Under the pieces are notes generated by a model that was not told where the DNA came from, did not search any database, and saw only the letters and a list, made by a program, of their open reading frames with translations. Of a stretch of 64,000 nucleotides of DNA, positions 37,899 through 48,046 are shown in pieces (within the stretch, counting starts at the first letter, position 1; each line of letters starts with the position of its first letter). Both the position numbers and the translations under genes were made by a program. The DNA lies in NCBI GenBank assembly GCA_035652395.1, contig DASRDX010000012.1:96778-160777 (forward strand). The letters are read 5' to 3'. This stretch comes from Minisyncoccota bacterium. GTDB lineage: Bacteria > Patescibacteriota > Minisyncoccia > Phycocordibacterales > CAJBRS01.

Positions 37899-39824
37899 TT
37901 AATCGTAATGAATAGTTTTTTCGCTCAAATTCTCTTCCGGCTCCAATAGTTCCTCGTCAAGATCAATAATAAATTCAGACGGAATGCTAATTCGTTTGGA
38001 CCCGTAGATGGTGCGCACCGAGGCATAAGATAAATACAATTTTTCTTTTGCTCTGGTCAGAGCCACGTAAAAAAGTCGTCGCTCCTCTTCCTGATTTTCC
38101 TCGCTTAACTCCTCTTCAGATAACCGAAGATGCGGAAAAAGCTCGCTTTCGAGCCCCGAAATGAAGACATAAGAAAACTCCAGACCTTTTGAGGCATGAA
38201 CGGTCATTAATTTTACTGATCGTCCCCTTTCTTCCATCTCATCTTGATCAGTGGCTAAGGCTGCGTCGGCTAAAAGCTCTTCAATTCCCTCCTGTGGTGC
38301 CAGAGCATCATATCGGGTCGCCAAGGTTACTAATTCTTTCATGTTTTCCAAGCGCTCCTCGTCTTCTTCTTTGCCTTTTTTATACATTTCTTCCATACCG
38401 CTTTCTTTAATGATGTATTTAATAGTATTCGAAGGTTTTTCTTTCAGAGCTTGAATTTGAATTCTCGACAAAAGATTTCGAAATTCCGCAATTTTCTTTT
38501 TTATTGCTGGCGAAAGAGCCTCCTCTCTGTTAGAAGCAATGGCTAAAAGAGTAACTTTGCCCAAGCCACGAGCTGGTACGTTAATAATTCTTTTAATATC
38601 GGAGAGACTGTCAGGATTAAGAGCCGCTCGCAAATATGAAAGAACATCTTTCACCTCCTTTCGTTCAAAGAAGCGTACCCCTAAAATTTGATAAGGAATT
38701 TCCCGCATTAAAAACATTTCTTCAAGTACGCGAGACTGGAAATTGGCGCGATAGAGAACGGCAATTTCTTCCGGCGCCACCCCACCCTCAATTAATTCGG
38801 CTGATTTTCGAGAAATGAAATCGGCCTCATCAATTTCATCATATGCGCTATAAAGCCCAATCTTAGCGCCACCCTTTTTTCGAGTAAAAAGATTTTTCTC
38901 CTTGCGATGAACATTTTTCTGAATGATTTTATTGGCGGCTTGAAGAATGATTTCGCTAGAACGGTAATTTTCTTCCAGCAGAATAATCTTGGCTTCCGGA
39001 TAATCCTTTTCAAAATTTAAAATATTCCGAATATCGGCCCCCCGCCAGCTGTAAATGTTCTGATCAATATCTCCAACTACGCAAATATTTTTTTCTTTCT
39101 CGGCCAGAAGTTTGGCAATCATATACTGCACTCTATTAGTGTCCTGATACTCATCAATGTGAATGTATCGCCAGATTTTCTGGTATTTTTCCAGAATTTC
39201 TCGATTATTTTTTAAAAGATCAACCGTTTTCAATAGCAAGTCATCAAAATCCAAAGCTCTTTCTCGTTTTAGAATTTTCTCATACTCCTGCCAAACTGAT
39301 GCCGCTATTCGGCCAAAATATTCACGGCCCACGGACTCAGCGTATTCAGTCTGATTAATGTTATTACCTTTTTCTCGGGAAATTACGTGCAAAATTTTAG
39401 CCGGCTCAAATTTTTTCGGATCCAGATTAAGAATCTCAAGAGATTCTTTGACCGCGCGCTTGGAGTCCGCGCGGTCAAAAATCGAAAAGTGTCTCGGCAA
39501 ATCAAGTAGCCGCGAATTTTCTTTTATGATGTGCACTCCTAAGGCGTGGAAAGTGGAAACAAAAGGTCGTTCAAAAAAAGAAATGGGACGATTAAGTTCC
39601 TCGTCGCTCTTAAGAAGATCAAATACTCTTTCGCGCATCTCCTTGGCTGCTTTGTTGGTGAAAGTAATGGCCAAAATAGAATGCGGCGAAACACCCTCCT
39701 TAATTAAATGAAGAATCCGATGGGTAATAGTCTTAGTCTTTCCGGCACCCGCACCGGCCAAAATTAAAAGCGGACCAGAAGTGGTTAAGACCGCTTCTTT
39801 TTGCCGTTCATTTAAATTTTCCAT
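37899..39824 (-). CDS. pcrA: ATP-dependent DNA helicase PcrA/UvrD family
   Basis: 641 aa. Walker A AGAGAGKTKT, TFTNKAAKEM and the superfamily-1 helicase motifs. Confidence 0.85.
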   Translation of the reverse strand: MENLNERQKEAVLTTSGPLLILAGAGAGKTKTITHRILHLIKEGVSPHSILAITFTNKAAKEMRERVFDLLKSDEELNRPISFFERPFVSTFHALGVHIIKENSRLLDLPRHFSIFDRADSKRAVKESLEILNLDPKKFEPAKILHVISREKGNNINQTEYAESVGREYFGRIAASVWQEYEKILKRERALDFDDLLLKTVDLLKNNREILEKYQKIWRYIHIDEYQDTNRVQYMIAKLLAEKEKNICVVGDIDQNIYSWRGADIRNILNFEKDYPEAKIILLEENYRSSEIILQAANKIIQKNVHRKEKNLFTRKKGGAKIGLYSAYDEIDEADFISRKSAELIEGGVAPEEIAVLYRANFQSRVLEEMFLMREIPYQILGVRFFERKEVKDVLSYLRAALNPDSLSDIKRIINVPARGLGKVTLLAIASNREEALSPAIKKKIAEFRNLLSRIQIQALKEKPSNTIKYIIKESGMEEMYKKGKEEDEERLENMKELVTLATRYDALAPQEGIEELLADAALATDQDEMEERGRSVKLMTVHASKGLEFSYVFISGLESELFPHLRLSEEELSEENQEEERRLFYVALTRAKEKLYLSYASVRTIYGSKRISIPSEFIIDLDEELLEPEENLSEKTIHYD

Positions 39825-39846
39825 CAGGAAAACTATAACACACTGG

Positions 39847-40425
39847 CTAAGCAGCCTTCTTCTTAAAAGATTCCTCTTCCGCTTTCCTTTCTAGAACAGC
39901 CAAACTAAGCTTGGCTATTCTATCCAAATTCTTTTCAATTTGTTTTTGATTGCCAAGTTCTTGGAGGTTTGTATTTTCAGCTTTTAATTTTTCAATTACT
40001 ACCGGCGCTTCCTTTAGAAACCAATCTAAATCGTTCCTGAATGAGGGAGCTTTCGAGAATTTTACAATTTTCTTTGACTCGTTTGGTTCGAAGAATTCAG
40101 GCTTAAAAGCATTCGGAAAATTTTTATCAAGATAATCAATTAATTTATCAACCCTGCTCTGCAGATTATCTGATTGATAAATATCTCGCCTCTCTTCATT
40201 TTCTTTAAATTTCTCTACCTTTTTCCCATGCGGACGTTCTTTTTGTCGATGACTTTCTCTCGAGGCGGCGCCTGGACTCTCAGTAGATTTAGGGCCATCA
40301 TTTTTCAGATATTTTTCCACGTTTTCTGCCTGTCTAAGTTGATTTTTCTCGGCATTTTTAATAAAGGCATTTTGAAGGTCAGCCAACCCCTCCGGTTCAG
40401 GCTTATTTTCAGGCATTTTTTCCAT
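39847..40425 (-). CDS. hypothetical charged protein
   Basis: 192 aa, Lys/Glu-rich, no recognisable motifs. Confidence 0.3.
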   Translation of the reverse strand: MEKMPENKPEPEGLADLQNAFIKNAEKNQLRQAENVEKYLKNDGPKSTESPGAASRESHRQKERPHGKKVEKFKENEERRDIYQSDNLQSRVDKLIDYLDKNFPNAFKPEFFEPNESKKIVKFSKAPSFRNDLDWFLKEAPVVIEKLKAENTNLQELGNQKQIEKNLDRIAKLSLAVLERKAEEESFKKKAA

Positions 40426-40704
40426 GATTTAAAATTATACCTAATTTTTTGATTAGGCGCAAGGGTGAAATGGCTCAAAATAAGGCTAGATTTGTCCACA
40501 CCCTACCGGCCAAAGCATTGACAGGCTTGGCCCATAAAATATCATTATGTCTATCACTGATATCATGCCAATTGGGTGAGAGGGATCCCCCGATAGAAAG
40601 GCAGCAAATTCTGATTTATCATTAATTTTAGGCTTATTTTATCCAACCGTCGGTCTACTGTTTCTTATACTAAACGTCTTTTAACTGGCCTCTTCTACGG
40701 AAGA

Positions 40705-41736
40705 GTGATCTTTGCTTTGATTGTTATTTCCCTCCCCGCCAATAGTCAGGCCAGTGTTTTCTTCTTTGTTAACGGCCTATTCTCAAGCGCTAGAGCCGCC
40801 GATGTCACCCCGGCAACCGCTCTTAACTCCCAGAAAATAGCTCTATTGGAGCCCGTTTTGAATATTGACCCAAATCCCACCAAAGCTAGCTCAACCTTAG
40901 CTGTTGAAAATAACGCCCTGGTTACGGAAGCCGGTCCGGTAGGCGGCGGAGCCCAAGCTTTTAATGATTCTGCCTCTTCGGACCAGATTAGCCTCTATAC
41001 TGTTCGTGACGGAGATACCTTGCCCGGTATCGCCAAAATGTTTGGAGTATCAGTCAACACTATTTTGTGGGCTAACGATTTGAAGAAGGGTGCCACCATT
41101 CATAAAGATCAAGTTTTAACCATCCTGCCAGTCTCCGGAGTGAAATATACAGTTAAGAAGGGAGACACCTTAGGAAGTATTGCCAAACAATTCAAGGGAG
41201 ATGTAAATGAAATTGCCGTCTTTAACAACCTTGAAGATGGGCAGAGCCTTTCTCCGGGAGACGAACTGATTATTCCTAACGGCGAAGCCAATTCTGTAAC
41301 ACCTACAGTTTCTACTTCTAAAGCAAAGACAACCGGTTTGATAGGTTCAGCTGGAACGTCCGTTAATTTCAATGGCGGGCCGGTTGACTCCGGGGCCTTG
41401 CGACGCCCAATTGATGGTGGAGTTAGAACACAAGGTATTCACGGTCATAATGCCGTTGATCTAGGCTCTCCGGTTGGAACCCCGATTCATGCAGCTGCCG
41501 GTGGAGTAGTATTGATCAGTAAGAATAATGGTGGCTGGAACGGCGGATATGGAAATTACGTGGTAATCTCTCACCCAAATGGTGTACAGACGCTGTATGC
41601 TCACATGAAATCCACCACCGTTTCAGTTGGTGAGCACGTCGCTCAAGGAGAAACTATTGGTTACATTGGCATGACTGGCGACACCTCGGGCCCTCACGTT
41701 CACTTTGAAGTTCGAGGAGGAGTAAATCCTTTTTAA
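40705..41736 (+). CDS. LysM(x2)-M23 peptidase (peptidoglycan endopeptidase)
   Basis: LysM motifs YTVRDGDTLPGIAKMFGV and YTVKKGDTLGSIAKQF; M23 core HNAVDLG...YGNYVVISH...GPHVHFE. Confidence 0.8.
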   Translation: MIFALIVISLPANSQASVFFFVNGLFSSARAADVTPATALNSQKIALLEPVLNIDPNPTKASSTLAVENNALVTEAGPVGGGAQAFNDSASSDQISLYTVRDGDTLPGIAKMFGVSVNTILWANDLKKGATIHKDQVLTILPVSGVKYTVKKGDTLGSIAKQFKGDVNEIAVFNNLEDGQSLSPGDELIIPNGEANSVTPTVSTSKAKTTGLIGSAGTSVNFNGGPVDSGALRRPIDGGVRTQGIHGHNAVDLGSPVGTPIHAAAGGVVLISKNNGGWNGGYGNYVVISHPNGVQTLYAHMKSTTVSVGEHVAQGETIGYIGMTGDTSGPHVHFEVRGGVNPF

Positions 41737-41761
41737 GAAGTTTTAGATAAGAGCAAGATTA

Positions 41762-41790
41762 AGAGGCCAAGCGCAACGCGCTTGGCCTCT
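41762..41790. terminator. bidirectional terminator AGAGGCCAAGCGC-aac-GCGCTTGGCCTCT
   Basis: 13-bp stem between the convergent M23 gene and comM. Confidence 0.75.
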
Positions 41791-43362
41791 TTAAATTTCC
41801 ACCTTTTTAGGTCGGTATTGCAAAGCCTCGAGCATATGATTAACTTCCACCTCTTCTTTCTCTTCCAGATCGGCAATGGTGCGAGCCACTTTAATCAAAC
41901 GATGATAGGCTCGAGCCGAAATATTAAGTTTGTAAGCGGCCTGATCTAAAATTTCCCGCACTTTCTTCTGAAGCGGTACTAAGGTCAGAAGATCTTTCGG
42001 CCGAATCTCGTTGTTAGTTAGAATGTTCAAGCCTGATTTAGCTAGCCTCTCCTTACTTCTAGCTCGCGCCTTGAGAACCCTCTCTTTAAAATCATCTGTC
42101 GTTTCCCCACTTCTTTCACTTCCGAGCTTTTTGTAATCAATTTCACTCACTTCAAGCCAGAGATCAATTCGATCTAAAATTGGTCCGGAGAGCTTGCGCT
42201 CGTAATTTAGCAAGTTTTGGCTGCGACAGAGACATTCTTTATTTTTACTTCCTCGATTACCGCAGGGACAAGGATTCATAGCTGCCATTAAAATAAAATT
42301 GGCCGGAAAAATAGCCGAACTTTTAGTTCGGGCTACGCTAACCACCTTTTCTTCAAGCGGCTCTCTCAAAGCATCAATCACTCGTCGGTCAAATTCCGGA
42401 AATTCGTCCATAAAAAGCACTCCGCGGTGTGCCAGAGTTACTTCGCCGGGTTTGGGAATAGTGCCTCCACCAATCAAGGCCGGATAAGAAGAGGTGTGAT
42501 GTGGCGATCGAAACGGCGGATATAAAATCAAAGGCGTGTTTCCGAGATTGCCGGAAACGGAATGAATGGAAGTTACCTCGAGCATTTCCGAAAAGGAAAG
42601 AGGCGGGAGAAGATGACAGAAAGCCTTAGCCAGCATCGTTTTGCCCGTGCCAGGCGGACCAAACATTAAGACATTGTGAGCCCCGGCGGCGGCGATTTCT
42701 AATCCTCTTTTGGCTTTTTCCTGACCTCGAATGTCGCCAAAATCAATTTCATATTCCGTCATTTCATAGAGAATGGGAGTGGAAGGCGCGGGCGAAAGTT
42801 TTGGTGGAGAAGAAGCGGCCGGCTCCGCCGGCCGCTTCTCATTCAAATGCTCCACCGCCTCTTTAAGAGTGGCTACTCCAAAAACATCTATGTCGGTAAT
42901 AATGGCCGCTTCTCGCACATTCTCCATCGGCACATAAACTTCTTTAAAGTGGTGCTGCTTTGCCTCGATTACCAAAGGCAAAACACCTTTAATAGCTCTT
43001 AGCTTTCCATTGAGCGACAATTCGCCTAAAAATAACTTCTCTCTCGGATCAAATTTAATATCGTCAGCCGCCAATAAATATCCCAGTGCCATAGCTAAAT
43101 CAAAATTCGGTCCCTCCTTTTTTAAATCGGCTGGAGCCAGCGAAATTACCACTTTCTGATTTTTATGTTTTGGTGAAGTAAAGCCACTGTTCTTAATGGC
43201 CGCTCCGATGCGATCTTTTGATTCCTCGACCGCTTTATCCGGCAAGCCCACTACTGAAAACTGGTAAAGTCCTTTAGCTAAATCAACCTCAATATCAATA
43301 ACGCGCGCTTGGAGCAGATGACTTTGAGCGCTATGAACTTTGGAAAAACTCATGCCGCCCAT
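41791..43362 (-). CDS. comM: Mg-chelatase-like ATPase ComM/YifB
   Basis: 523 aa. GPPGTGKTMLAK and the ChlI-like AAA+ core. Confidence 0.85.
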   Translation of the reverse strand: MGGMSFSKVHSAQSHLLQARVIDIEVDLAKGLYQFSVVGLPDKAVEESKDRIGAAIKNSGFTSPKHKNQKVVISLAPADLKKEGPNFDLAMALGYLLAADDIKFDPREKLFLGELSLNGKLRAIKGVLPLVIEAKQHHFKEVYVPMENVREAAIITDIDVFGVATLKEAVEHLNEKRPAEPAASSPPKLSPAPSTPILYEMTEYEIDFGDIRGQEKAKRGLEIAAAGAHNVLMFGPPGTGKTMLAKAFCHLLPPLSFSEMLEVTSIHSVSGNLGNTPLILYPPFRSPHHTSSYPALIGGGTIPKPGEVTLAHRGVLFMDEFPEFDRRVIDALREPLEEKVVSVARTKSSAIFPANFILMAAMNPCPCGNRGSKNKECLCRSQNLLNYERKLSGPILDRIDLWLEVSEIDYKKLGSERSGETTDDFKERVLKARARSKERLAKSGLNILTNNEIRPKDLLTLVPLQKKVREILDQAAYKLNISARAYHRLIKVARTIADLEEKEEVEVNHMLEALQYRPKKVEI

Positions 43363-43406
43363 TTTAGAATGGGCGGCATGAACATCCCTTAAAAAAATTA
43401 TAAAAA

Positions 43407-43772
43407 CTAACTTAACTTAACGTTCAAGTGAGCTTTGCAGGTTCTGGCCGCTGGATTGGCTTTCAATCTGTCTGCTTCAATCTCCGCCTGACAGACTTCG
43501 CATTTTCCATAAGTACCCTTTTCGATCTTATCCAAAGCTAAATTTATATCGTTTAATTGAGGCTCCAACTCTCGAAGAATGGCCGCATCTCCCTCAATAT
43601 TGCCAATTTTATCAGCCACTTCGTTTCGATCAGAAGTCAAAATATCCAGATTTTCAGCAGCTGGCTGCCAGTCGTTTGGATTATCAGGATCCTGCCGACT
43701 CAGGCCTTTTAATTCGGATAACAAAGTTTGCTTTTCCGATTCCAATTTACTTTTGAAAAAATTTATATCCAT
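43407..43772 (-). CDS. DksA/TraR-family C4-type zinc-finger protein
   Basis: 121 aa. C-terminal CEVC...(17 aa)...CKAH zinc ribbon. Confidence 0.7.
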   Translation of the reverse strand: MDINFFKSKLESEKQTLLSELKGLSRQDPDNPNDWQPAAENLDILTSDRNEVADKIGNIEGDAAILRELEPQLNDINLALDKIEKGTYGKCEVCQAEIEADRLKANPAARTCKAHLNVKLS

Positions 43773-43803
43773 ACCTGAAGTATACCAAGAATTAAATTCC
43801 TGC

Positions 43804-44814
43804 CTATTGAAGCTGTTTATTTTGTAAATAACGGCTCAAAATCTCATCAAAAGCGTTATGACTCTGGACTAAAACAATCGTATTGGGATCGAGGAAAGAA
43901 TAAATAAGCAGAATATTACCATTCTCGTCTAAAAGAGTTCGCGTGTCGCGATTGTCAAAGACCTCGTCCTTAAATGGAGTGGGCACAAAATTTGGATTTC
44001 CGTTTCCTGTCGGTAAACCAAAGAGGGCAGCCAGATCAGCTTGCATATTACTCTCCCATTGCAACATTCCGGAAAAAGCATTTTGATAGGAGTCAGTTTT
44101 TAAGATTAAAAACGGTTCCGGCCCGTTAGAATTTTGATAAAACCCCACAAGATAGCCGGACAGAGAACGATACAATGAACCCGGCAGACGTGCCTGCAGC
44201 AGATTCATGAAATCCTGAGTCGATAAAACTTTCCGCCCCACTTGATCAACCGAAGTAGCGTTGCCTAAATTACCTCTGACGGTGACAACGACACTTTCCA
44301 CGGAGCCGCTATCAAGACTAAGTGGTTTAATAGCTTGAAACTGACTGAGAAAAGATTGCAGAGTGACGCTATCCAATTTTATTTCAACCTGTTTATCCGG
44401 ATGAATAATTTCGTGAGGCAGGTTTACGGTTAGAACCCCGGTGTTTTTGGTTTTGCTAATCAAAAAATAGCCGACGATTAAAAAACCGGCCACAACTAAA
44501 ACCACGCTGGCAGCAATGATCACCACGCGTTTTTTAGATTCCTTGCCAACTGCTTCCGCGGTCAGACCCTGTTTTTCTTGACGGCGTTTTTCAGCCACAG
44601 CCATCTTGATAACGGAGACATTGTCGCGTTGAATTGCCTCCGCCACATCGCTTTGATAGGTCTTTATAGCCTTAATTGAACCTTCCTGTTTTTCTTTTTT
44701 GGCTTCAGCTAAAGCCTCCGACAGTTTTTCCGCCGGACTTTTATCGGTTAGAGGTTTAGACGGCTCCGAATTATTGGGAGGGGGATTATTTGGAATAATA
44801 GGATTGACTTCCAT
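43804..44814 (-). CDS. membrane-anchored hypothetical protein
   Basis: 336 aa. Charged N-terminus, then a transmembrane helix VVIIAASVVLVVAGFLIVGYFLI, then an extracytoplasmic domain. Confidence 0.35.
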   Translation of the reverse strand: MEVNPIIPNNPPPNNSEPSKPLTDKSPAEKLSEALAEAKKEKQEGSIKAIKTYQSDVAEAIQRDNVSVIKMAVAEKRRQEKQGLTAEAVGKESKKRVVIIAASVVLVVAGFLIVGYFLISKTKNTGVLTVNLPHEIIHPDKQVEIKLDSVTLQSFLSQFQAIKPLSLDSGSVESVVVTVRGNLGNATSVDQVGRKVLSTQDFMNLLQARLPGSLYRSLSGYLVGFYQNSNGPEPFLILKTDSYQNAFSGMLQWESNMQADLAALFGLPTGNGNPNFVPTPFKDEVFDNRDTRTLLDENGNILLIYSFLDPNTIVLVQSHNAFDEILSRYLQNKQLQ

Positions 44815-44840
44815 CCCTTAATTTTACCTTAAATCAAGAA

Positions 44841-46949
44841 TTAAGAGGACGAAGCCGGATTTTTAATGAAATCTGGATCAGCTCGTTTAATGGAGAGATT
44901 AATTCGGCCCCTTTCATCAACTTCTTTTACAACAATGGGTACTTTTTGGCCTTCCTTTAAAACTTTAGAGACGTTTTCAACTCGAAATGGAGCAATCTCC
45001 GAGATGTGAACCAGCCCTTCGGTAGAGCTACCGATTTTCACGAAGGCTCCGAAATCCATAATCTTAATAACGGTCCCTTCAAACCTCTCTCCCGCTTTAT
45101 ATTCATGAGTCATCTCCTCAATAATACTTTTGGCTTTTTCCGCTGAACCTTCCTTGCCCGTAAGATAAACCGTTCCATCATCTTCAATATCGATTTCAGC
45201 TCCGGTTTTTTCCTTAATATCTTTAATTGTTTTTCCACCCCCTCCAATTACCAAACCGATTTGATCCGGTTTTATTCGAATGGAAATAATTTTTGGCGCT
45301 TTTGAAGAAATATCAAGTCGCGGCGCCGGAATTTCTTTTTCAATCTGATCAAGGATTTGGAGCCGTGCTTTTTCAGCTTTTTCAAAAGCTTTTTCTAAAA
45401 TATCGAGCGGAATGCCGTCAACTTTTACATCCATTTGAACAGCCGTTACTCCTTCACGAGTCCCAGCCACTTTAAAATCCATATCACCATGATGATCTTC
45501 GGGGCCTTGGATGTCAGTCAACAGGACATAATTTTTTTCATCCTTCATCATTAAACCTGAAGCAATACCGGCTACCGGCGCTTTAATTGGTACGCCCCCA
45601 TCCATGAGAGCCAGGGTAGAAGCGCAAACCGAACCCATGGAAGTGGAGCCGTTTGAAGCCATAGATTCTGAAACAAGGCGAATAGTGTAAGGAAATTTTT
45701 CTTTATCCGGAATGACGGCTGTCAGGGCCTTTTCCGCCAGATTACCATGACCGATCATTCGGCGATTGAGACCGCCCATGCGGCCTGTTTCTCCCGTAGA
45801 AAACGGAGGAAAGTTGTAATGATGGAGAAAGCGCTTTTCAGTCTGAAGCTCCATGCCGTCAATAGTTTGAGAATCTCCCGGGCCTCCTAAAGTTAAGGCT
45901 GAGAGCACGTGAGTGCCACCTCGGTAGAAAATGCCGGAGCCGTGAAGCATGGGAGAAAGGCCGCCGGCCTGGACGTAAAGCGGCCGGATTTCGTCGAGGC
46001 CGCGGCCATCAGGCCGGCGGCTTTTTTCAACCGCTTCACGATGGATAAGATCGTTAACCTTTTCCTCAAAATATTCATCGGCCAGCGAGACTTTTCCTTC
46101 CGGAAAAGTCTCATTATACAAAAGAAGCCACTCGTCTTTCAAAGCATTTGCTTCTTTCTTGCCGGGTCCGGAAAAAACGGCCGCCTCTAATCTCGGCTCT
46201 ATCTTTTCGGCAAAGAGATCAGCAGCTTTTTCTTCAAATACTGGAAATTCTACAATTAATTTTTTCTTGCCGCGTTCAGTGATAATTTTTTTCTGGAAAT
46301 TCTGAATTTTTTCAATTTCCGCTGAAGCCAGACGCAAGGCCTCCATAACAATTTGATTGGGCACTTCTTTGGAACCCACCTCAATCATGTTGATGTTGCC
46401 GTCTTTGCCACAGGCCACTAAATCCAGATCAGCTCCTTCTCGGTCAGTGTAAATAGGATTAATTATCAGATTAGCCTCCCCTTTTCTGCGACCAATTCGA
46501 ACGGCACTGGCCGGCCCATTCCAAGGAATATCTGATACACCTAAAGCTAAGGAAGCCGCCAGAACGGCTAAAACATCCGGATCATCCTCATCAATGGAAA
46601 GCACCATTAGCACTACCTGCACATCGTGACGCATTCGGTGATCGAAAAGTGGGCGAATAGTTCTGTCCACCGCGCGGCCCGAGAGAATAGCTTCATCCGA
46701 TGGGCGGCCTTCGCGTCTGGTGAATTGACCACCAAGAATTCGTCCGGCCGCATAAAATTTTTCCTCGTAGTCAACTGTTAGAGGAAAGAAATCACCATCT
46801 TTTGGTTTCTTCGACATGACGGCCGAAGCAAAGACTACCGTATTGCCGTACCGGATAATAACTGAACCATTAGTCTGGTCGGCTAGATCATTAAATTCAG
46901 CTGTAAGAGTTTTGCCGCCAAACTCCACTGAATATTCTTTTTTTTGCAT
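44841..46949 (-). CDS. pnp: polynucleotide phosphorylase
   Basis: 702 aa. Two RNase PH domains plus KH and S1 domains. Confidence 0.9.
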   Translation of the reverse strand: MQKKEYSVEFGGKTLTAEFNDLADQTNGSVIIRYGNTVVFASAVMSKKPKDGDFFPLTVDYEEKFYAAGRILGGQFTRREGRPSDEAILSGRAVDRTIRPLFDHRMRHDVQVVLMVLSIDEDDPDVLAVLAASLALGVSDIPWNGPASAVRIGRRKGEANLIINPIYTDREGADLDLVACGKDGNINMIEVGSKEVPNQIVMEALRLASAEIEKIQNFQKKIITERGKKKLIVEFPVFEEKAADLFAEKIEPRLEAAVFSGPGKKEANALKDEWLLLYNETFPEGKVSLADEYFEEKVNDLIHREAVEKSRRPDGRGLDEIRPLYVQAGGLSPMLHGSGIFYRGGTHVLSALTLGGPGDSQTIDGMELQTEKRFLHHYNFPPFSTGETGRMGGLNRRMIGHGNLAEKALTAVIPDKEKFPYTIRLVSESMASNGSTSMGSVCASTLALMDGGVPIKAPVAGIASGLMMKDEKNYVLLTDIQGPEDHHGDMDFKVAGTREGVTAVQMDVKVDGIPLDILEKAFEKAEKARLQILDQIEKEIPAPRLDISSKAPKIISIRIKPDQIGLVIGGGGKTIKDIKEKTGAEIDIEDDGTVYLTGKEGSAEKAKSIIEEMTHEYKAGERFEGTVIKIMDFGAFVKIGSSTEGLVHISEIAPFRVENVSKVLKEGQKVPIVVKEVDERGRINLSIKRADPDFIKNPASSS

Positions 46950-47074
46950 GACGCTCTGTAGCGTCCAAATTCTAAATTTGAAGAATAATTCCTAGAACCT
47001 TCTTCAAACCTACTTATTTGAACGCTAAACTTACTATTAATAAAATAAAGATAACACAGCTATAGGAATTTAAA

Positions 47075-47099
47075 AAGGGCCGGCCTGCGGCCGGCCCTT
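47075..47099 (-). terminator. terminator AAGGGCCGGCC-tgc-GGCCGGCCCTT downstream of the NYN gene
   Basis: GC stem flanked by A/T runs. Confidence 0.6.
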
Positions 47100-47109
47100 C
47101 GTATTAAAA

Positions 47110-47649
47110 CTATTGCGCTTGCCGCGGACCACTCCTTCTTCCCGCCCCGCCCATCAAGTATTTTCGCGGACTACTATCCAAATCTAAAAAATCATCTACC
47201 ACCTCTTTCAATTTTCCGGAAGCGGATTTACCGAAGGAAACTCCTTCCACCTGGCAGCCATTCATCTGTAGATACTCAACTAAAGGTATGAAATCTCCAT
47301 CTCCAGAGACAATCACTACTGCATCCAATTTAGGGGCTAATTTGATGGCATCTACCGCCAGACCAACATCCCAGTCAGCCTTCTTGGAACCGCTGGAGAA
47401 AATCTGGAGATTTTTAGTTTTAGTCTCAATCCCCATTTTTACCAAGGCCTCAAAGAAGTTTTTTTCATCTCCGGCTTCAGTGGTAATAACATAAGCCACC
47501 GCCCGCACCAGAATTCTTCCGGCCAAAGCGTCCTTTAATATAGCCCCAAAATTCACTCTCGCCCGGTAGAGATTTTTGGCGCTGTGATAGAGATTTTGTG
47601 CATCAATAAAGATGCCAACCCGCTGCTCTTTATGTTTTATAACGGCCAT
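47110..47649 (-). CDS. NYN-domain (LabA/YacP-like) protein inserted between rpsO and pnp
   Basis: 179 aa. IFIDAQNLYHS...VIVSGDGDFIPLV pattern. Confidence 0.7.
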   Translation of the reverse strand: MAVIKHKEQRVGIFIDAQNLYHSAKNLYRARVNFGAILKDALAGRILVRAVAYVITTEAGDEKNFFEALVKMGIETKTKNLQIFSSGSKKADWDVGLAVDAIKLAPKLDAVVIVSGDGDFIPLVEYLQMNGCQVEGVSFGKSASGKLKEVVDDFLDLDSSPRKYLMGGAGRRSGPRQAQ

Positions 47650-47676
47650 CGCTCCAGATTAACTAGTTTTTCCAGT

Positions 47677-47943
47677 CTACTTTTTCAGATCAAGTTTCTT
47701 CAAAACGCTTTGATATCGTTTTGGATCTTTCTTTTGAAGATATCGAAGATGACTTTGGCGGTCGGCCACTAACTGAAGCAAACCACGTCGAGAATGATTG
47801 TCTTTGAGATTTTTCTTCAAATGTTTAGCCAACTCATCAATACGCCTACTTAAAATAGAAATTTGCACTTCCGGCGAACCAGTATCGGTATCGTGAACCC
47901 GACTTTCTTTGATCACGCGCTGTTTTTTAGTTTTCGTTAACAT
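47677..47943 (-). CDS. rpsO: 30S ribosomal protein S15
   Basis: 88 aa. Typical S15 sequence lying upstream of pnp. Confidence 0.9.
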   Translation of the reverse strand: MLTKTKKQRVIKESRVHDTDTGSPEVQISILSRRIDELAKHLKKNLKDNHSRRGLLQLVADRQSHLRYLQKKDPKRYQSVLKKLDLKK

Positions 47944-48001
47944 GGAACAATATTAACATAAAACTGGAAATTTTACAAGTTGGCTCAACAGAGCGGTTTT
48001 A

Positions 48002-48026
48002 GGGCGGCGGTCTTCGACCGCCGCCC
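48002..48026. promoter_or_regulatory. GC hairpin GGGCGGCGGTC-ttc-GACCGCCGCCC overlapping the xerC/D promoter
   Basis: A TATAAT at 48031-48036 lies only 10 nt before the ATG at 48047, which suggests a leaderless mRNA. Confidence 0.5.
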
Positions 48027-48046
48027 ATGCTATAATATTTTGCGAC

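Noticed and set aside
43579-43827. 82-aa plus-strand ORF
   Set aside because: Antisense to the DksA/TraR-family gene.
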